Shown in pieces: positions 57,444 to 64,000 of a stretch of DNA of 64,000 nucleotides. The notes beneath the pieces are model-generated. The model made no database searches. It was not told where the DNA came from and worked only from the letters and a program-made list of their open reading frames with translations. A program made the position numbers and the translations under genes. Every line of letters begins with the position of its first letter. The first letter of the stretch is position 1. The stretch comes from Eledone cirrhosa (lineage: Eukaryota): positions 162,874,001 through 162,938,000 of the forward strand of contig OZ024740.1 in the NCBI GenBank assembly GCA_964016885.1, read 5' to 3'.

Positions 57444-59934
57444 AAGATCATCATCATCATTACCGCTTAACATCTATTTTCCCAAGCTAGCATGGGTTAG
57501 ACAAGTTTTCCCATTGTGAAACAAGTTTGATCAGGTGACTGTGTCTCGCTTAGACAGAACTGGTTTGGGCTTGGTTTCTATGACTGGATGCCCTTCCTAA
57601 TGCCAACCACATTTATAGTGCGTATTGGGTGCTTTTTGTTGTGACACCTACATGACCACTTTACAGTAGGTGACATGATAAAAGCTCCCAGCCCACACTG
57701 TAAAGTGGTTGGTGTTAGGAAGGTCATCCAACCATAGAAACCAAGCCCAAACCAGTCTTGTATGAACAAGTATGGTCATCACACCAGGCTTATCTCACAA
57801 TGGAGCAACTCGCCTAACCCATGCTAGTCTGGAAAATGGTCGCTAAACGGTGATGATGTGATGATCATGATATATATATAAATAAATGAATAAATAAATA
57901 TATATATAAATATGGGATGAGATGATAAAAGTTGACCTTGCACAATTGCACCTCCCAAAGGCAATGACACAGAACTGAGATCTCTGGCGTTATGAAGTAA
58001 TACAGAAGACTTGCCTTCTCATGAGCATAGGCTGAAACATACATATAGTATTCACCTCCATCCCTCCCTCCCATGAGCACAGGCTGAAGCATACATCTGG
58101 TATGCACCACCTGCATCCTAATCCCACCTTCCATGTCATAACACTCTGCTCCTCACACAGGCCCACCTCCTTAATCCCCACATACTCTTCCCACCAGAGC
58201 CCCAAAGGTACATGTGTGCGTGGAATACTCAGCCATGTAAATACTATTTTAGTGAGTAGGCAGTTCAGTTGATCATCAAACTGAAATACTCATCATGAAA
58301 ACTGATGGATGATCCATTTATATATGCCACAATAAAAAACCCAGTCCATCCTGTTAGGTGGTAGTGCTGGTGCCATGATAAAAAGTACCATATGCCATAT
58401 AGTGGTAAGCCTTAAGAAGAGTATCCAATCATAGAAACCAAGACAAAAATGCAACATATGAGCAAGGCTTGTCAGGCCTTAAAATATGACAATCCATCGA
58501 ACTCAAGCAAGTCTGGAAAATAGATATAAAACAGTAATGATGATGATGCGGTTGATGTCTTTCAGTCAATTTTTAACATGAATGCGTGCGTGTGTTAGAA
58601 TATAATTTTTATATTTTACAATAGTATATATGATCAATCACAACAAAGAGAAAATGCTTAAGATATGTTGATGGAGTATATAGGCTACCATATTGTATGA
58701 GAAGCAATGGACAGGAATCTTAAAAACGACATCTTTACATAATCAAATTACTTTTACACATGATCCATCAGCTTTGGAAAGAACTGTTCAATCAATAAGA
58801 TTCCCTTTCAAATATTTATATTTGAATATTTTTCTTCCTCTCAGTGTTCTGGTCTGTTAAGGAATGAGGTCATTGGTACAAGCAAAATTATCTCTCATTC
58901 ACACGATACCAAAGTACATATACACTACTACAACACATAAATTGTTGAACTACAACCATAATGTCTTCATAAACAAGCCCAGTCATTCCTTATAAACATT
59001 AAGTTATATAAGAGATGTGTATGTGTGATAGAGAGAGGGGAAGAGACAAAGGTACACTGAGTGGGAGAGAGTGAGGGAGAGAAAGACAGAGAAAGGTGAA
59101 GTAGAATGAGGAGTAGAAAGAGAGTGCAAAGAGAGATAAAAGGGAGCAGAGAGAGAAGTGAAGGGGAGAGGAAGAGAAAATTCCAAAGGTGAGTGAGAGA
59201 GAGAAGACTTTTAAAATGAAATTGGTAAACATGTTAATGTATATGAAAAACATCTGAACACTTCACCAATATATAAGTTCTTAACTCTCCATTTCCAAAC
59301 TTTACAGATCTTATGGACAAATTCACTGGATTAAAAATACACTAAACAATAAGGATTTCTAGCACTGGCACAAGATTTTTTGTTTTTGTTTTTGCAGAAG
59401 TTTACAGTAGAGTAAATTAACTCTCCAATACTGGTAGTAATTACGATGATGGTGATGATGATGGATTAAAATCTACTGAATCAACTTCAGTGTGAACAAA
59501 GGAGCCTGCAATAGCAGTCCAATCTTCCACAACCCACTCATTAGAGTCTTTATAAAATGAAGAGAAAAGTGGATTATGAAATCCTAGATACACTATGTTT
59601 GAAAAAAGACAGGAGGATTACAACTGTAAGGATGTTTTTGAATATAGGTCTGCAGCTGACCTGGGAGCTAAAAAAATAAAAAAAAACAACTTCAATACAT
59701 AATAAATACTTAATTTATAAAGCCTAAATTTATATTGAGAATTCAGTAAAACAAAACAAATATACTGAAAGCATATTGGGGTCCATAAAATAAAGCACCA
59801 GTAATGCACTGGGATAATTGCTGGCCTTATGCCAAAAGTAGAAACAATTATTAAAAGAATAAAAAGCAAAGTTAACCACTACAGGAATTGAACTCTGGAT
59901 GTAGAGAGATGAAATAAATATTGTTAGGTATTCA

Positions 59935-60245
59935 GTTTTTGGGCCACCGCCCCCTCACAGCCACATAATACCTTCAGCGCCCCCAACCCTATTTCCAGAG
60001 AGACCTGCCTATACACAAATTGTAAATAATATATGATAAATAAAATTGTTAATTTATATATAATAAATAATATAATATATGCTATGTATAAATAAATATT
60101 ATATATTTTTTATTTTATTATATATATGTATTATTTGATATTCAATATACTATTATATTATCTCTAACATCCCTTTATGCCACCACACCCCCGACCTTCC
60201 CAACGCCTCTCGGGAGGTAGTAGTGCCCTCTTTGAGAACCTCTGC
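59935..60245. mobile_element. Partial hAT/Charlie-like MITE
   Basis: Right end ...tttgagaacctctg is typical of CAG-terminated hAT TIRs; left end is degenerate. Confidence 0.4.
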
Positions 60246-62944
60246 TCTATACCATCACCTTCTTAATAACAATGGTTTCTAATTTAAACACAAGGCCAGC
60301 AGTTTGAGGAGATAGGAAAGTTGATTACATCAACCCCAGTACTTGACTGGTACTTTATTTTATTGCCCTAAGTTCTCTACCAATTGTGCACAATTAGTAG
60401 AGAAATTACATATATGTATGTTTGTATGTATATAGATGAATCTTTATGAGAATTAATTTAACCCTTTAGCATTTAAATCCACCATATCCGGCCAGAATTC
60501 TCTCACCTTTCTGTTAAACTGGCCACAACCAGCTAGCAGGGAAGAAGGATGTTAAATGATGATTATATACACACATTTGCAGTAACACATATTAATTCCA
60601 CCTCTCACACACAAATATATCTGAAGGAAACTTCTGTTAATGATTTCTACACACACTACTGCAGCAACATTTTAAATTTGATTCATATAATATTGTGACT
60701 GTTTCATTAACATGCATGCACATATGCATACATCACACAATTAACACTACATAACAGACTGCAGATGACACTCTATATTAGAAGAGTTTATTCATTCCAT
60801 TTTATCGTGATGTAAAGAAGAGTTTACAAAAGATTAGACAAACAATCAAAACAAACAAAAACTGATATTAACTTAGATCTTAATAAACAAACAATAAACA
60901 AACAGTTGAATGTCTGGAACTGAAAAGATGATAGCTAATTTGAATGAAGTTATAGTTCCACTAACTGACCTGACCATCTTCTGGCAAGCAAAGGATTACA
61001 GGAATTGTAAACTTTCCCAGGGTGGCCCATTGTAAAATATGAATAATGATGAACGAGAACCAAGCTTATTGAAATCTCAAAATCTCACATGTTAATCTCA
61101 GAGGCTGTAGTTAACCTTGGATTACTTCATTCATCAAACTAATAATCACTTGGTCATTAACAACTTTACATTGAATATCATAAATGTTATTACAAGACTT
61201 AAATTTAGTATACATATATTATAAATCGATTTTAATATAGTCTTATAAAATACTGGGTGTGAGGTAAAGAAAGTGAGAGGATTTGCAAACAGCAGTCTGA
61301 GTGTACTACCATGACATCATTGTTCATGTTTTGCTAGACAAAAAAAAAATTTAATTTCATCTGTGTGTTTCATAGGTGTGAAAAGTAGTCAAAAGTTATG
61401 TTGTTTGTTTGCTAATCTGAACATTTATATCAATTAGTATCATGACAGATTTTATAACAGTATTAATTCTAACCATATATCATCTATGATAGAGCAATTA
61501 TCAAATACTTATACAATAATCCTTGCATTAACATATTATTTTCTCTAAACCACAGTCACCAATTATTAAGTAGTAGCAATTATAAAGACAGTGAGACTAT
61601 ACTTAATTTAGTTTTTTACCCCAGTACCAATGAGATTCATACTAGTAACATATTAATGATAGCTTAACCATTTGCATACCAGCTAGACATAAAATCCCAT
61701 ATTTTGAGATATTCATATTTAAATTAAAATATCCCAGGATAATTTTATGCAAGACACTTTTTCTTAAGTTATGTTCTAACTACCTGCTTAATAATGACAA
61801 AGTTAGTTATACTAACTCTAACACCACCAAATAGTTGGTTATTTTAAAAATTATTCGAAACATTTTGGTAGGGAATTTCATTAAAAATATTACCACAGTA
61901 GCATTAAATTGGCCTATTAAAAAATAAAATATTGATCATTTACAACATAAAACATGAAATAGTTGCTCTAAGAGAATGGTAAGGTGATGGTGATGATGGT
62001 AGTACTGATACTTCCACTGATAGGGAATGGAAGAAGTGATATATGTGATAGTGATGGTTGCAGCAGTGATTTTGATGTTGCATGTAGGCCAAGGCAGCTC
62101 TTTTAAAGTAGATAGATTAATGGCATAGATATAAAGAACCTGAGAATCAGTTGCTTGGAATTCCTACGATTTGGTACTTAAATATCTAATTCCCATTTTA
62201 AAGATGTTATAAAAAATCTGTTAAGGGAAATTAATTTTTTGTTGTGCACTCTGTAAAGTAGTAGTACTAGTGCCATGATAAAATGTACCCAGTACACTCT
62301 GTAAGGTGGTACTACTAGTGCCACAATAAAATGCACTCTGTAAAGTGGTTGCCATTAAACAGGGAATCAAGCTATAGAACACATGCCAAAATAGAATGTA
62401 TGAGCAAAACATGGTTCTTTGAGAAATTTAGTATCAAAATGTTACATCCCATCGAAACTATCAGCATGAAAAAATGAACAGATGATGATATTCATGATGG
62501 TGTTATTGTTGTGGTTTAGCCCATGTTAGCCTGAAAACTAAGTAGGCCTATCTATGAACAAAGCATTCCCAGCCATGATCAGTTCATCTTTTTAGGATAT
62601 TATTTACTGTATTTCCCATTTTTTGAAAAAGACAGCTATTTATAGCTATTTATAGCAGACGAAGTGGCCATGTGGAGGTTCCCTTGTTAGTTTGTAGGGA
62701 AATTAGATGCTGATATAGTAAAAAAGAATGAAAATGTATTCAATTCTTAAACTGTTGCTGTTCAATTGCAGTAAATAAATAAATAACAACTGTTTAATAA
62801 TTAACTCATAGCTTGAAGATTAGAAGCAGTCATTTGCTGTTGTCGTACACTGATACTGTGCTGGAACACAATTTTAAGTCAATCTTAAATCACATGAAAC
62901 TACTGCACGGATATTTAATACTCTTGAAGATTATAATAAGGAGA

Positions 62945-63300
62945 ATGTGTTGCAACATGTGACATCCTAGATGAGGGATTTGCCTCCTTCGAATGGGAAG
63001 AGGGTAATTCTGTCGGAGTGCTTACCATCTCAGTGGTCGAGGCCTGCTGGTTCTAGTTGTGATGGGAAGCCAGCTGCATCCAGGCTCCTTCTCAATATGT
63101 CGTTGAGAGCAGCATGTCAGGGGAACCGGCCTGCGCTCTGGCAGCAAGATGGTGGGTGCAGGCCGAACTCATCAACAACTGCCCTGCAATGGCCTTTATG
63201 TGGTTCACACACACTGAGGCAGAAACGTTGGGTCACTCCGATGCAAATGCACTTGTCCAGAATTAAACTCAAAGGAAGGGTGTGGCTAAATTCCAATAGA
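62945..63300 (-). mobile_element. Decayed RLE-type (CRE-like) non-LTR retrotransposon C-terminal fragment
   Basis: The minus frame reads CEPHKGHC...GLH..SC.QSAGRFP*HAALNDILRRSL.AAG.P.QLEP.GLDH*DGKHSDRITLFPF..GKSLI*DVTC, i.e. a zinc knuckle plus RH..PD..D restriction-like endonuclease motifs with stops. Confidence 0.8.
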
Positions 63301-63859
63301 TTTGGGATTAGGGTATATGGGGTGAAGGTGGAGTGGGGTAGAGAAAGTCAGTAGTATTGGGACTTCTCAAAGAACTACTAATGAATTGGTGTGTGAAGCC
63401 AAGCATGACCATGCTGATATTTTAAAAGTATTGTCAGTCTGTGTGCCCACTGTTTGACCTTTCTTAATTCTCCAATAAAACATTTAGTTATACTAAATAA
63501 AATCTCTTAGAAAATATATACACTTCCATATTCATATAGACATATGAATATGCATGTAATTACATATTTGATTAAATGTTGACAATACTAAAGTATATAA
63601 GCACTGAATATACATCTACCAATGTGTTCCCACATTCACACAAGTTCTTATATATACAAACATATATGTGTATTTCAGATATACACCCACTCATATATTC
63701 AGATAAATTGAGCATGTCTGTACATCAGATAAATATGTTTGTTATACATTTGTTATTAATTATTTTCAATTTTATTTTGTGTGTGTGTACACACATATTT
63801 TATTGTGTGTGTGTGTGTGGGTGTGCATGTGTGTGGGTGTGGGTGCGTGTGTGCGTGCG

Positions 63860-63899
<40 letters not shown>

Positions 63900-64000
63900 A
63901 AAGGTAAGCAGAAATATCAACACAATCGGTACAGTATATGGAAGGAATATATTGAGTTAACACTTGAAATAGCCGGAAGAGGGTCTTAACATTTTGGACG

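Overview
Eukaryotic, AT-rich, microsatellite-dense DNA. The repeat content (RTE LINEs with (GAT)n tails, tRNA-derived SINEs, long (TA)n/(CA)n runs) suggests a coleoid cephalopod such as an octopus; this is inference. The window is dominated by one minus-strand gene encoding an SLC4 Na+-coupled bicarbonate transporter (NDCBE/NBCn-like, SLC4A8/SLC4A10 type). I assembled 18 GT-AG exons by hand from 49851 down to the stop at 4271-4273. All junction phases match, giving 3317 coding nt (about 1105 codons). The canonical N-terminal exons were not found and probably lie beyond 64000. The introns hold a decayed 5'-truncated RTE LINE with a PHD-like finger, CR1 and CRE-type LINE remnants, several SINE families, a TTAA piggyBac-type MITE family (about 12 copies), hAT MITEs, two non-autonomous Helitrons and minisatellites. 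The most notable non-coding signals are: (1) a type I hammerhead ribozyme motif on the pre-mRNA strand at 14022-14072, with several related Penelope-type hammerhead relics; (2) a cluster of long fold-back palindromes; (3) a MITE flanked by an anomalous 42-bp duplication of a hairpin; (4) a candidate alternative first exon. Most ORFs in the supplied track are microsatellite or antisense artefacts. All calls were made by eye, with no database searches or folding programs.
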